Below are positions 25,279-39,500 of a stretch of DNA of 64,000 bases, one piece after another; position 1 is the stretch's first letter; each line of letters begins with the position of its first letter. Location of the stretch: NCBI GenBank assembly GCA_035084275.1, contig CM068751.1, forward strand, positions 7,874,001 through 7,938,000, given 5' to 3'. The notes below the pieces were generated by a model. It worked only from the letters and a program-made list of their open reading frames with translations, had not been told where the DNA came from and did no database searches. Origin of the DNA: Hydrolagus colliei (lineage: Eukaryota). Both the position numbers and the translations under genes were made by a program.

Positions 25279-27124
25279 TCCTAGGCAATAACCTCCAAGA
25301 TCAACTTGGTCATTCACTTCATAGTCACGCGTAGGACATTCTTTTGGTGAATCTGACATGATCAGATCAAATGGTTTTGATATATTGGAAAAGATGGGTC
25401 GGATATTCTGCCTGAATGATCAGGAATGTAAACAAACCTGCGTTGTAGAGACGGGAAATTCTAGGCCCAAACCAATTTGACAACGTACTTCCACAATGTG
25501 GAAATCACAAGATTATGACGCGTGCTTCACAAACCAGCATCATTCGATTCCTGGTTGTGGAAAATTCACCACGAGGCACACTGTGTAAATGCATGTTGGT
25601 GGCCAAGTTCTACTGACCACACACAAAACTCACAGCATCACTGTGCACATTCATACACAGCATTGTATATTCATTGAAGCCTCGCAGGAGGTAGAATATC
25701 CTATACATGTGGTCAGTGTTATATTGCTATAGTGAGTGTAATTAATAACATTATTTAATTGCCACTATATTCAGTGATATTATCCTTCAGAGAATAACGG
25801 TTTGGCTTCTCTTAGTCTTTGCACGACTCGGAATTGTCCTGTTGTGTCTAGACTGTAAATCAGATTATATCCTCATGGAAAACAAATCTAATTTCATAGC
25901 AGATGACACTAAACCAGGTTGTTTAGTGTATCCTGCATTCCACCTGTGGGAATCTGTTGCTTTGAAATCTTGTACCTGTATTAAGATTCCCTCCACAAAT
26001 TCCATGGCATGATCAAAACTTGAAAATCTCACAACATTCATCTAAATAAGGGTTAATGCTCCAATCATTAATTTTCATTAAAGACGCAAAACATCATTTG
26101 ATCCCAATGGGTCGAGTGCATGTTTTATCATCTTTAAAGATTGTTGCGTTACCTTGCCAGCTGCCTTCGCCTCACATTTCAAAATGACCGAAGGCAGTTT
26201 TGTAATTTTCACGCAACTGAGATCGGAGGGCAGAATGTAACCATGTTCTATCGTATCTTTGCATTCGGCTTGTTGGCTAAAAATGTAGTTTAGCAAGTCA
26301 CCGTGCAAGGCAAGCGTGACATTTCAGGATTCTGGTGGTGATGTGATTGTGCATTGGGCGGCAGAGAAAGTGTCTGAATACTGTATATACCCATTAAGGA
26401 TGTGGGTGGAGTCACATAGTGTGTTGGCGATTCAGTACTCAGTGCTGCACCGGTGGGAATTTATTTGACTTACTGAGAGTGATTATTAAAGTGGAAATGG
26501 CTGCTGTGATTTATAAAGGTATCAGTTGTTATCAGAGATGTTATTGAGGTTAAGCAGTACATGCTGCTACAAGTGGATGTTCAACATATGAGAAAATGAT
26601 GATGTGCTCAATTATCTTCTCAAAATCTTTCAGTGCTTCTGATGCAAAATACAAACCCATGAATCACCAGTTCATATTGCTGTTGATACCAGGTAAGCGT
26701 TGTAATTATGCTCTAAATTAATATTTTTAATATACAACTGGAATTTCAGAGATTCTGTAAATCTACCCATTGGGCAGAAAGGAAGGTGGGGATTGGTGGG
26801 GGGGTAAAGTCAATGTTCTGTCCTGACATGAAAACGGATGATTCCCAAACCTGGAATGTGCCTTTGGTGTGATTGGAACATGCCATTATTAACAAGAACA
26901 AACTAAAACAGACCCACCACCTGGTAAATTTGAAAATAATTAAAAGTGGCAGAAGACAGGAATGGCAGGAAATTGCTTCACACCCCACAAAAAATAGAAA
27001 TCAATAGTCATTCTATCCATTGCATCCCAATCACCTGTGGGGGATAGAGGGGAGAGAAATGAAGAGTTGTAGGTTTTTGTAGCGGTAACACCGTCATGGA
27101 CAAGTCGGGTTAAATAGAATGAAT

Positions 27125-27423
27125 ATTTAGTAGTTAGAAAACTCGCCTCACAAGCAAGAGACCTGGGTTCAATTCCAGGCAGGGTGAAACTATCGGCAAG
27201 TTTCCTTACTTCACATGCAAAATAATAATCCCTCAAAAGCAAACAATAATAAATTGGTCATTTCAATCCACGACTGTTTGTGGGACACTGCCGTGTGCAA
27301 TTGGCTGCTGCGTTCTTCCCACAAATATACAGTCAATTCACTTCAAAGTGTATTCTGTGAAGTGCTTTGAGATGTCTAGAAGATGTGAAAAGCGCTATAT
27401 CAAATACAAGAGTTATCATTATT
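27125..27423 (+). mobile_element. tRNA-derived SINE
   Basis: Consensus match. Confidence 0.85.
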
Positions 27424-27438
27424 ATATACATACATATA

Positions 27439-27444
27439 TTTATT
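27439..27444 (-). terminator. Candidate polyadenylation signal of the S28 peptidase gene
   Basis: AATAAA about 110 nt downstream of the TAG. Confidence 0.45.
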
Positions 27445-27554
27445 GCACAAGAATTTTGACCAGGAAAAAGAGGAAGAAGAAAAAGAACAACAAAAATCCC
27501 AAATTGGTTTGTTTTTAAAAAAAAATACAATCTTTGCTGGTTTAAACAAACCAT

Positions 27555-30500
27555 CTATTTAATCCAATCATTAAGAAGCTGTAAGATCTCTTGTCTTCCT
27601 CTTGTAAGCTGTGGTGGGTCCTCTGCTCGTGCTGGATACATGTTAGCACAGTGGGCTGTACCTGTTAAGGTGAGTAAGAAATACTTGTAAAATATATCGC
27701 TGAGCATGTCTTCTAAGAATTGCGTTTCCACAAAATTAACCTCAACTACATCAACTTATCAACAGGGTTGCAAAACATTCTGAATTCAACCTTCACAGAT
27801 TTTCTACAGATGCACAAGTACAATTAACCAAGTCACCACCACCCATTGTCATGTTCCCACATAGAACTGTATTATTATTTATTATATTAATATTACAGAC
27901 CATTAACCAATCCAATAAGCCCCAACTCCCTCTGACCCAACCAGCCAAAGAATGCTGTCAGGTTTGCCTATATGTATTAACACTCAATTGTCTCAAAGCA
28001 AGCATTGCACCTCCGTATACTGTGTAAGCAAGTTAACAGGTCCGAGACCCGAAAAGGTCTAGAATGTTTATAATGTTCATTTAACAATTAACATCTTTTA
28101 GAAAAAACCCAAACGGATCCTGCACACAATAACAATCACAACAAACTTACATTTCTAGAGCGCTCTTCACGTAAGGAGGACGTCCCAAGGCACTGAACAG
28201 TCAGTTCGGGACCCGAGCAAGGGGGAAGGGCAGGGTAGAGGGGAGGGATGGAGTTATGTGGGGTGGGAGAGAGTTGGGAGGGCAACAGAAAGCATGATCG
28301 AGGAGGAGGGTCTTGAGATGGGCCTTGAAGGAGGCAAGGGAAGAAGCAAGGTGAAGGGATTGTGGGATGGAGTTCCAGAGTATGTGGGCAGAGAGACTGA
28401 AAGCCTGTCCACGATGGTAGGTCGGGTCGGGTGGGGGGACATGGAGCAAACCAGAGCCCGCTGAACAGAGGGGGCGGGTAGGTTCATAAGGGGATAGCAG
28501 GTCAGAGTGATAGGAGGGGGCAAGGCCGTGAATGGCCTTGAAAGTGAAGGCCAGATCCAGGTGCATTGCTTGATTGACTTTGGTAACATTTTGTCAACCA
28601 ACTCTGTCAAAGAATACATGTAAGGCTCACTTATAGTAACCCCTTTTTGGTCTGGTATATTTACACATCAGTAAACTCTGTGTGTTGACACTTGCCATGG
28701 TGAGAGAAGTCACTAGGTATTAATACTCATTATAAGTAGAGCAAGATGATGTGGCAATTATCAACAGGAACTGTGCATCAATCTATCAACATTAATCCTC
28801 ATTTTTAAAAAAGCAAATACGGAAACAAATTTATAATCTGTATTAAAATAAATCCTCAATTTCTTGTTCTGATCATAATGGTTGAGAATACCGTGTTACA
28901 TTTTTATTCTGCCGGTGCTTTGATGTACAGGTAAAAGTTTGTATCTCCCTTCATGATTATTCATTTTTAGGGAGGTTGGATGGAGAAGGATAGGAGTGCT
29001 GGAGTCTGAATAAGTCACTACTGTATAATGATTATATAAGTAACAGAGCAGCTGAAAGAACAAATAAAAAAGCACATTCAATGTTTTCTTTTGAAACACA
29101 ATCATTTTACACTTGATGGAAATGAACACATAACTAACACATAAATGAAGCAAGCTGCACTCCTGGCTGTTGAACACATTCTGTTAGTGGTAAGCTCGAC
29201 CATAATAATTTCATACCAATCCATCATCAATGTGGTTCAACCATTTAAAACTTCCTAGTGCTCGATAAAAACAAACTGTTGAGTAATGTCGGTAAATGTC
29301 CATGAAACTTTAAAACCATCAGCTGGTTGTGAAATGTTGTTGCTGTTCAGTACTTGCTGCCTGTATTTTCCTTATTCAATAATTATGCAGACTAAGTCAT
29401 AAATGAAAGGATTAAGATTCCATTGAGGAAAGAATAAGAAAAATGCATGTAGCAAAGTCTAACATCAGCGGAAATGTGAAGAATCGGTGGCTCATAAATC
29501 ATGTTATGTAACATTCGCTACATTTTTAATGAAAGGCTAAATAAATAATACAGCAACAGGGGTTGGCAATTACAACTCTCAATACTAGCTTAATTTTATT
29601 AAAAGAAACATCTAATGTAACAGCATTGATGTGGATTTTTAATGTATGCACTATCATTACTCTCTTCAAAAAAAGGAACCACAAATACATGATGTAATGT
29701 TTGGGCTAAAGAAACTAGCTAGACAGTGGTCTTCCAGATACCTTCAAATTTACAAGAAACAATTGGTTCTTGTTAAATATTCTACTTCTAACAGCTTGGC
29801 CTTTTATTCAGACCTGGTCTTCCAGTTGATTGGAATAAGCGCAGGCCGTTGCCCATATGAGATGACTGAAATATCATTGGTGAGCACTTTACAGTGTATT
29901 CCTGTGAAGCGCTTTGAGACATCTTGAGGACATGATCAGGCCCTATATCAAATGCAAGGGTTATTAGTTATTATTATTATTATTATTATCTTCTGTACTG
30001 CACACAGTGTAATATTTATAATAATAATAATCTTTGAATTTGATATAGCACTTTTTCACGTCTTCTAGATGTCTCAAAGCGCTTCAATGTAAAGTGAATT
30101 GACTGTATATTTGTGGGCGAAATGCGGCAGCCAAATGCGTACAGCAGTGTTCCACAAACAGTCGTGGATTGAAATGACCAATTTTATTATTGTGGTTTTA
30201 TTGGAGGGATTATTATTAGGCGTGTGGAGTAAGGAAACTTGCCCAAGGTTTCGCCCTAACCACTGAGCTACAGGATTCCACATTTCAAAAAAAAATACCC
30301 AGATCGTGAAAATGATTGCAAAAACCACTGGTCAAAGTGTGTTGTGTACACAAACAACCAATTATTATGCACTGTTGAAGGAAGAAGACCAGCCGCTGTG
30401 ATCAGTGGGAAGGAAATGTTCTTTACATCCAGTATTATCCTAATTTACAGCTAGGATGTACTTGAGCAAAGACAGTAGATTCACTTTCCGTGATTCATTA

Positions 30501-33500
30501 TATTGGAATCTACCAAGAGTCATACCTTTGATTATAAAGCATCCACAGCACTGAAACAGGCCATTCGCCAAATTTATAGAATTAAGATTGATTTTGATGG
30601 TCTATAATAGGGATTGTCCAAATTCCGAGCATTTGGGTTGTCACCAGAGTGGCTAGTGTAGTCCTGATTTTATGTAATCTCCAACTCACTTTATTAGAGG
30701 CTACACTAACAATTTTATTACCTTGAATGTAAATCGCTGGAAGATGCGCACTAAGATTCTTTGTGATGGTTAATGTATGCCAGGGATCCATTGAGCCCGT
30801 GGGGAAGACAATCCGACTGCTTTTAATGTTAAGGCCTCCATAGCATTCATTAGTCTGCTGTACTGCGTTGGCAACTGCAGACTCATTAAACTTTGGACCA
30901 AATATATCCACACACTGTTGAAGTTTGTAACTGCAATGGAAGATATGGAAAAAAAATTAAGTTTAATGTCCACAAAAGCATTTGTCCTCATTATCTGCTG
31001 AACCATTTCTATTATTTATCGACAGTGTTGCTTTCCTGTACGCAATAACGACTATTATATACAGTATTTGTGAAAATACAAATAGCTGCCAGCTGCTGAT
31101 TTCCCTCCTACAACAAATCTACACTGTGGTTATCTTATGTTTGTTTCTTTTTTTGACAAAAACACTCAATACAATTTGCTCCGCTCTCAATTATTTCCCA
31201 TAGTTGCTCCTGGCTCTCGTTTCTGTTTTATTTCATTGCTGTCTCAGCGTTTCAGAAATGTAATGTACTCAACCCCCACCACTGTCCCCAGCTCGGGTCT
31301 GAAACAGTGACTGTCCAGCGCCTTGGGATGTCCTCCTGACTTGAAAGGCTATATACAAGTGTAATTTTGTTGTAGCTGTAACGGCAAGCAGCTTTTTTTT
31401 GTAAGCTGAGAGGAGCCCCGTTGATAATTGGTAAGAAACATGCAGGTTCTATACCAAATTTCACGCCCTGTAGTCCATGCCATGCTGCAGTAAATGACTT
31501 GCGAATGCCCAGGGAGTGGGTTACAGTTGCCCAAGAATATTGCGCGGCAATGTGGTCCTGCCATATCTCGGAATCATCCAGACCTCAACTCACCGGAGGG
31601 AAAAGCCAGAGAAAGGCTGATGCTTTGAATCCGTCGTCTGAAAGAAGCCAAATTCTGTGCACGACTGATATGCCCACTGTCTATCTGTGGGAAGGAATCA
31701 TTTTTTTTAAAAAAGGGGAAAATATCTATTTGCCAAGTGTTTTCAAAATATGCTGCTGCGTTTAGTACAATCGATCACTTTGGCTGGTTTTCACAAAATC
31801 TACTTCCACATATTTCATCTATTTGCACGAGAAATGTCAACATCTACTACTTTACAATGTGGTGATCTTCTGTTGATAATGTTCCTGACCACATGTGATT
31901 CTCCAATAGGCTGGAACATATGTTGCAACAACTGTGTATGGAAACCATGAAGTACAGTATGTGAACCCATTGCTGCAACCTTTCCTCCGATTATCATTTC
32001 TTGAAGAGGGCATTTGCTCAATAGAAACCTAAACCTCAGAGAGGCCATAGCCCTGTAACTGGCAGTTGGATGCCACAAAACAGGTCAAACAGATAGTCTT
32101 ATGGCTTCACAGACAAGTGTGGTAATGGGAGGAGTCTACTCCTGAGACACAGGGCAATTGTAACTTTAACCCTTCTTAACAATTGATCAGACATCACCAG
32201 TCGCCACTGAGATCTACACTATTTAACAGTTGCTTTTCAGAGCAATTTTCACAACGTCATTTGCTCCGAGACTTTCTACAGAAAGGAGCTTCAGACACAA
32301 AGGAAAACACAGGCTTTGTGAGAACATGTCTCAACTGCAGTCCATCCACGCCCACATAATGCAGCAATTCTAACACAACATCATGAGTCACATCACCTCA
32401 TGTCAATACTCCCACAGTTGGTATTTTTCAGCCTCCGACACTCTTACTGAACAAACTTTTGAGTTATTGTCTTTTGAGTACATCAAAAGACAATAACTTG
32501 GGGCGTAAAATAGTCGACTCAGGAATTGAAACTAGAACTCAGAACATTCGTTATCTGAGCATCTTGTTCGACCCCAAACTATCCTTCCTCCCCCACAGCC
32601 GCTCCATGACCGGCACAGCCTTCCATCAGCCCCGCAATATTGCCAGACTCTGCCACTACCTCACCCCCCATGCCGCCGAAACTCTCATCCACGCCTTTAT
32701 CACTTCCAGGCTCGACTATGGGAACTCTCTCCTCATCGGCCTTCCCAACTACTCCTTTCACAGGCTGCAGGTCATTCAGAACTCTGCAGCTCGTGTGCTC
32801 TCCTGTACTAGGCTTCGTGACCACATCACTCCCACCCTCGCCCGTCTCCACTGGCTCCCCATCACCCAGAGGATCAAATTCAAGATCCTCATCTTCACTT
32901 TCAAGGCCATTCACGGCCTTGCCCCATCCTACCTAGCCGATCTACTCTCCCCCTACACGCCCAGCCTATCTCTCTGACCTACTGTCTCCCTATCAGCCTG
33001 CCCTTCCCCTCCGTTCAGCAGACTCTGGCCTGCACCGTGTCCACTGCCCTAACCGCCCAACCATCGGTGGCCGGGCTTTCAGCCTCTCTGCTCCCACACT
33101 GTGGAACTCCATCCCGCAGCCCCTCTGCCTTGCCTCCTCCCTTTCCTCCTTCAAGGCCGGTCTCAAGACCTTCCTTTTCGACCGCGCCTTCAGCTGCCCC
33201 ACTAACTCTACCCCCTCCCCTGACCCCTAGCCCAACCCTCCCCACCCCCCGCTCGGGTCCCGAACTGACTGTTCAGTGCTTTGGGATGTCCTCCCGATGT
33301 GAAAATGCAATTTTGTTATTGTTGTTGTTATAAAAATCTGTTGAATAATGATGAACCTGCCCCTGGCTTCATTACTCAAATGGATTCTAGCCAATTGAAG
33401 GCATGCTAACCAACAACAACAACAACAATTTACATTTATATAGCGCCTTTCACGTCGGGAGGACGTCCCAAGGCGCTGAACAGGAGGCGTGTGACCCGAG

Positions 33501-36500
33501 CTGGGAGGGGAGTGTTTGGGAAGGGGTGAAACACGAAGGGGAGGTAAAAGAGTTCTGGGTGGAACAAAAGGCACGATCGAAGAGGAAAGTCTTCAAATCG
33601 GCCTTGAAAGAGGAAAGGGAAGAGACGAAACGGAGGGATTGAGGGATGGCATTCCATTAGGTGGGAACAGAGAAACTGAAGGCCCGGCCTCCGATGGTGG
33701 GGCGGTTCGGGCGGGGGGCTTGGAGCAGGCCAAGTCCTGTTGAACGGAGGGTCCGGGTGGGCGTGTAGGGGGAGAGTAGATCGGTTAGGTAGGATGGGGC
33801 AAGGCCGTGTAAGGCCTTGTAGGTGAGGACGAGGATCTTAAATTCGATCCTCTGGAGGATGGGGAGCCAGTGGAGACGGGCGAGGGTGGGGGTTATGTGG
33901 TCACGGAGGCGGGTGCGGGATAGTACACGGGCTGCAGAGTTTTGGATGGCCTGCAGCCTGTGAATGGAGGAACTGGGGAGGCCGATTAGGAGAGAATTTC
34001 CGTAATCCAGCCGTGAGGTGATGTGCGCGTGCACGAGTGTTTCGGCAGCACGGGGGGTAAGATAGTTGCGGAGCCTGGCAATGTTGCGCAGATGGAAATA
34101 AGCGGTGCCAGTCAAGGCGCGGATGTGGGGGAGGAAGGAAAGTTTTTGATCGAACAAGATGCCGAGGTTCCTGATTGGCTTTGTGAGGTGGAGAGTACAG
34201 CCTTGGATGTTGAGGCTGGCAGCGCCCGATGTGCGGAGGCGCTGGCTTGAGCCAATCAGGAGGGCCTCGGTCTTATTCACGTTCAATTGCAAAAAGTTGT
34301 CCCTCGTCCACGATTCGATGTCGGACAGACGTGCTGTCAGAACATCGATCGTCTGGGGGTTGAGGGATGAGGCAGAAAGGTACAACTGGGTGTCATCCGC
34401 ATACATGTGGAAATTTACCCCATGTCTGTGGATGACGTCGCCCAGGGGGAGCGTGTAAAGGGTGAAAAGAAGGGGACCGAGGACAGAGCCCTGAGGGACG
34501 CCGTGGGAAACTGTGCGGGGGTTTGAAGAAAAGCCATTGGAAGAAACAAAATGTAAACGGTGGGTCAAATAAGAGTGTCAAATAACCAGATTATTAAACA
34601 AGAGAAAAAACTAAATCAACAGATCTCGACTTGTATAAGACACCTACCTCCCCCCCGCCCCGCGGTTAGAGCACTCGCCTTACAAGCGAGAGATCTGGAT
34701 TCAATTCAAGACAGGGCGAAACCTTGGGCAAGTTTTCTTACTCCACATACCCAATAATCCTCAAAAAATAACAATAATAAATTGGTTATTTCAATCGCTG
34801 ACTGTTGTGGGACACTTCTGTGCACAATTGGCTGGCACGTATATACAGTCAGTTCACTTTACAGGGTATTCTGTGAAACTCTGAGACGTCTAGAAGACGT
34901 AAAAAGCATTATATCAAATGCAAGGATTATTATTATTGTTACGGACTGACCTCAGGCTCCCCACCCACCTCACTCTTTCCCAGGACCCCAAAAGGCTGTG
35001 GATCTCTGATCCGCAATAAGATACAGTCTGAACGAATATGTATGTTAAAACTAAAGTTTGTTTTCCTACTTCCATCTGCCGCTACTCCAGTCAAAGTGAT
35101 ATTAGACATATCCTGTAAAAACTTGCTGTAACTTGTATCCAGACATTTCTCATCATATATTTGCAGTATCAGTTGTACAATTGCAGCATATCTGTCGTAG
35201 GGTTTACCCAGTGATGAATTTTTCATGATATCACAGAGTATCCGAATAGTGATGTTGGTGCCTTTTGGATCCTATTCACAAAATATGAAAGTAAATTATG
35301 AAATATGCGTGCAAAAACCCAAGACAATTTTTTTGTTTCTTTTTCTTAATTAACATTTCCCTCTTGCTACCTACCAATGCTGTTCTTTTTCTGATATAAG
35401 TGTGATACGAAAGCTGAAATTGTATCTTTTGATACAACAACAACAACAACAACAACAATTTACATTTATAGAGCGCCTTTCACGTCCTCTAGTACAGTGC
35501 TTTGTCGAAACAATTTTAATTATTACAAACTTTGATTTTGCTATTTTGAGCTCAAACAAAACATGTTGATTGCATTTGGATTCAGGAAATAATTAGATTT
35601 GAAATGAATTGTCAAACTGTAGATACTTACATTTATTTTACATATAGCTAGACATTTACATTTTTTTCTTGAAAATTTAGCATTTTTAAATCATGTGTGA
35701 TTAAGAGAGAAGGGATGAAGTATTCTACAGATGGGAAACATTTTGTAAATTTTGAAGTTTTTTGTTAAAGGTGGGGAAAGATGTACTGTACTGAGGCCCA
35801 TGAAATTCCAGCAATTTCTACATACATTATAATCAGCCCACAATGAATATTTAGAAATTCGGAAAACAATAATTCAATACATTGTTGCTTAATCATGTCA
35901 TGTTGACTTCTACAATACGTATTAAATTATATTCTTTACATAAAAGAGGGATTGTTGAAGTGACATACTACAAAGTTTTTGACTCAAACGTCAAAGACAT
36001 AAATGTTTAAAAATCTAGAAACGCAAACGGCGTTTGTCTGTTTGTTTCAGTAAAGGCAATGGAGTTGATAATGTGGTAGAGGTAGATTGCTGTAAGACAA
36101 AGCTGATTCTTCAAACATGTCTACGTTACTGTACAGTTTCAAATACCTGCTGCACTTACCTCGAAAATTCGATTGTCCTCATTATACTGGACCACATCCA
36201 TGAAATTACCAGCCAAAGCCTCCAAGAAATAAGAAGCATCCATGTAGGATTTTGTTTTAAGGCTTTCGCACAACCTGCGAGTAGTATAAAAAAAGTACTT
36301 CATGGTTCTTACATGGAATGGGCACAGACAAACATTTATTATGAACCATTTAAGATCCTTGTGATATCTTGTCCATCTGCTAAGTAAAACAACGTAAATC
36401 GATTAACTAACTGTAATTTGCTTTTTTCTATTGTTAAAAGCATTAGACGTCCCCGCATGCAAAGACCACCCCACCCACTCCTTCATTTCCCTTTTATGGA

Positions 36501-39500
36501 TATTTTCAATACATGGTGAATTGTATATGCAAAGCTGGGTTAACAACAATTTCGATGCCAATTAAACGGAGGAATAGCAAGAAGAATTCAGGCCTTGAAG
36601 GCCACAATCCTACTCATTGTGCCAACACGATGACCGTGTCAAATATGGTAACCTTGCAATAAATGTGCAGTGTGTCAGGACTTGGAATCAATAACAACGC
36701 ATAACACAGATGAATAGAACACCATTGTACTGTGGTCTTGTGATGTTATCCTTCAAACCAACTTAGTGGTAATGGGTCCAGTTTCACAGGTGACACATAT
36801 GAAAGTGTACAGTCTGCCTGACAGGCTCTGGACAGATTCAACATCTATATACAGTACCCAGCCCAATTGCAGGGATAAAACATTGAACAACTTTGCTTTT
36901 GCGGATAATTGGTTAATATAAAAACAAGACGGGAAACCACAATGAAACAGCAGTTTGCACTGTGAATGTAGAGCCAGTTAAAGTCCAGCATGTGTCAGAC
37001 AAATAGTGGAAAACGTTAACTGGCATCATTGGTAGCTTGTTGCAAATGCATAATTGATGTTGCAAATGCATAATCGCACGTCATTACATTCCGGCTTTGG
37101 TTAGCCGCGCTCGGCATTTTATTTTCCTACTGACATTCTAAGATGGACGTTAATAATCTGAGGCTGCCATGGTGATGTAAAGAGCAGATCTGAAATAAAT
37201 TGAAACTAAGCTATTGCTGCCATTAGCCATCAGATCATTCAAATGTAAGGACTTGTGGGTCTAGTTACGTTTACCAAGCAACATGAGACTGTTTGAAGCC
37301 CATCTCAACCACATGGGCTTTCGCTGACTCATGTTTCTCGGTGAAAGTCCAAACACAACTGTTTACTTCTCCGTCCTGGAAGGCTGTATGTACTTTCTCA
37401 AGTTTTGCTTGGAAACAAGTGAAATGACTCACTCCTGTGACATGGGAGGCATTTACAGTGAAGGTGCCCTGTCTATGGATTATTTTCCTCTTTTACTTCT
37501 TTGACCACCAGTCCTTTTAATAGTGAATGAGGTCAGCAAGACATCCTCAAAGTTACGGGAAGTGAGAAATCATAGGCACAAATAATGATGCTCGGCCTGT
37601 GGGAATTGCTGCCACAGGACATGGAGAATGTGAAGCGCTGCGGAGCCTGGGGCGTAAGATACAAAAAAATGACACTTTGTAAAAAGCAACAAAAAGAGCT
37701 AATTGCCAGAACAGAGAGAAACGGTAAGGCCAAAAGAGAGGCAATCTTTTACTGCTTTAAAAGAGAAAAGACTCACAAATGGACAGTCGATATGTAAACA
37801 TGTAATTTATGCAGTAATGTACAGAGAAGGGTCAGGTGGTTCTTGAAAGGCAAACACTCATTTGTACAACGAATGTTAAGTGAAAAAAGTATCAGGCGGA
37901 AGGAAGGATATCCTGATGGCTTAGAAATGTGATCACAATTTTAAAAAATCATAAATTGTGCAATTCAATAAAAGATGTCCTAATAATTAGTTCAAAACAG
38001 GTTTGATTAATTGTTTGAGTTCTCACTTATCTTTAAGGATGGTCAGTTTTACCATCACATTTAACCAAATCCTGTTATGTTCTACTCTCAATATGCATAA
38101 AATTGAGTTCGGCAGCTGAGTGGTTGGAGCACTCGACTCCCCAAGTGAGAGACCTGGGTTCAATTCCAGGCATGGCAAAATCTTGGGCAAGTTTCCTTAC
38201 TCCACATGCCTGATAATAATCCCTCAAAAAAGACAATAATAAATTGGTCACTTCAATTATTATTATGATTGATATTATAGCTTTGTGACATTGTACTTAC
38301 TTGAAATCCTTCGATATCTTTTTAAGCGAGGAATGTTTTTTCAACATTTTCACCAGAGTGTCCGAGGCATTCTTCACTAGCAAAGGGCACTCAGGATTAT
38401 AGGCTGTCAATGCTTTCAAAACCACCTCAAGATACTCTGCAAAATATTGGAACAGAAACTCTGACATAGCTTTCCAGGATCTTCTGAATCTTGTAGTTAA
38501 CTACAAATCCGCCCCTGTTGTGGAATCCAAATATTAACTTCCACTGAATCTATCAGAAAGAAAACTTGTGGTGAACATAGATTTTATCGTGATAGATTAT
38601 TTGAAAATGGAAAACCACAGGTAGAGATGGATTGGTCACATAGCTCTTTTGGAATCAAATACACAAATGAACCATTTTGCCACAAGGTAACACACTTTCA
38701 TTGTCTACCTTTGTGAAGACGGTGTGTGTTTACATTCATTCAATCAGTAACAAACAAGTTTCAGAATTAATGTCACAACATAGAATCATAGAAATTTGCA
38801 GCATGGAGGCTATTTGGCCCATCGTATCTGTGCTGACTCTTTCAAAGAGCAGTCATTTCGGTTCCATTTCCCTAATTTGTCTCCATATCCTTGTAATTTA
38901 CTTCCTTTTAGATATCTATCTTGTTCCATTTTGTAAGTCAATATGGCCCACACCATCCCTCATAACCAAGAATAGATCCATCACAATAGCAATTTCAAAT
39001 GCCTGGACAATAAAGTATACTGTGCACCATAAACCATATATTCAGGTTGAAATCAGTCAGGGAATAATCAACACAGAGCAGTTTCAAATCAATTCCATTC
39101 CTTGCACTCGTATCCTCGATCTCAGTATAATTGGCAATTCAGTACCAAATCATGGGTGATTTTGCAAATGTGGATTCATGAAAACACAGGAAATGTCAAT
39201 GCTTCTCTCTCTCTCAGGGACTTTAAAAGCCAACAGAGGAGAATCTGATTTCCATCTTCGAGGCAAAGAAAAACCCACTAGTGATACGTGGATACATTTA
39301 ATAAGGAGCTTACATAATATGAGCTAAATTGTTCCCAATATTGTGTTCACCTGTAAAGTTGATCACTGCGAGTACAGGTGAACTGGTCGCAACTGCTGCA
39401 TAGATCAGGTGAGGGTACTTCAATCTGAACCAGGCTGCAAGGGACCCTGGATAAGAGCCTCCAAAAGCAATCCATTTATTTACTGTCAGGTTCATTCTGA

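Noticed and set aside
33657-34568. 303-aa reverse transcriptase ORF as a host gene or retron-like system
   Set aside because: It is a 5'-truncated L2 LINE with a typical tail and many relatives in the window.
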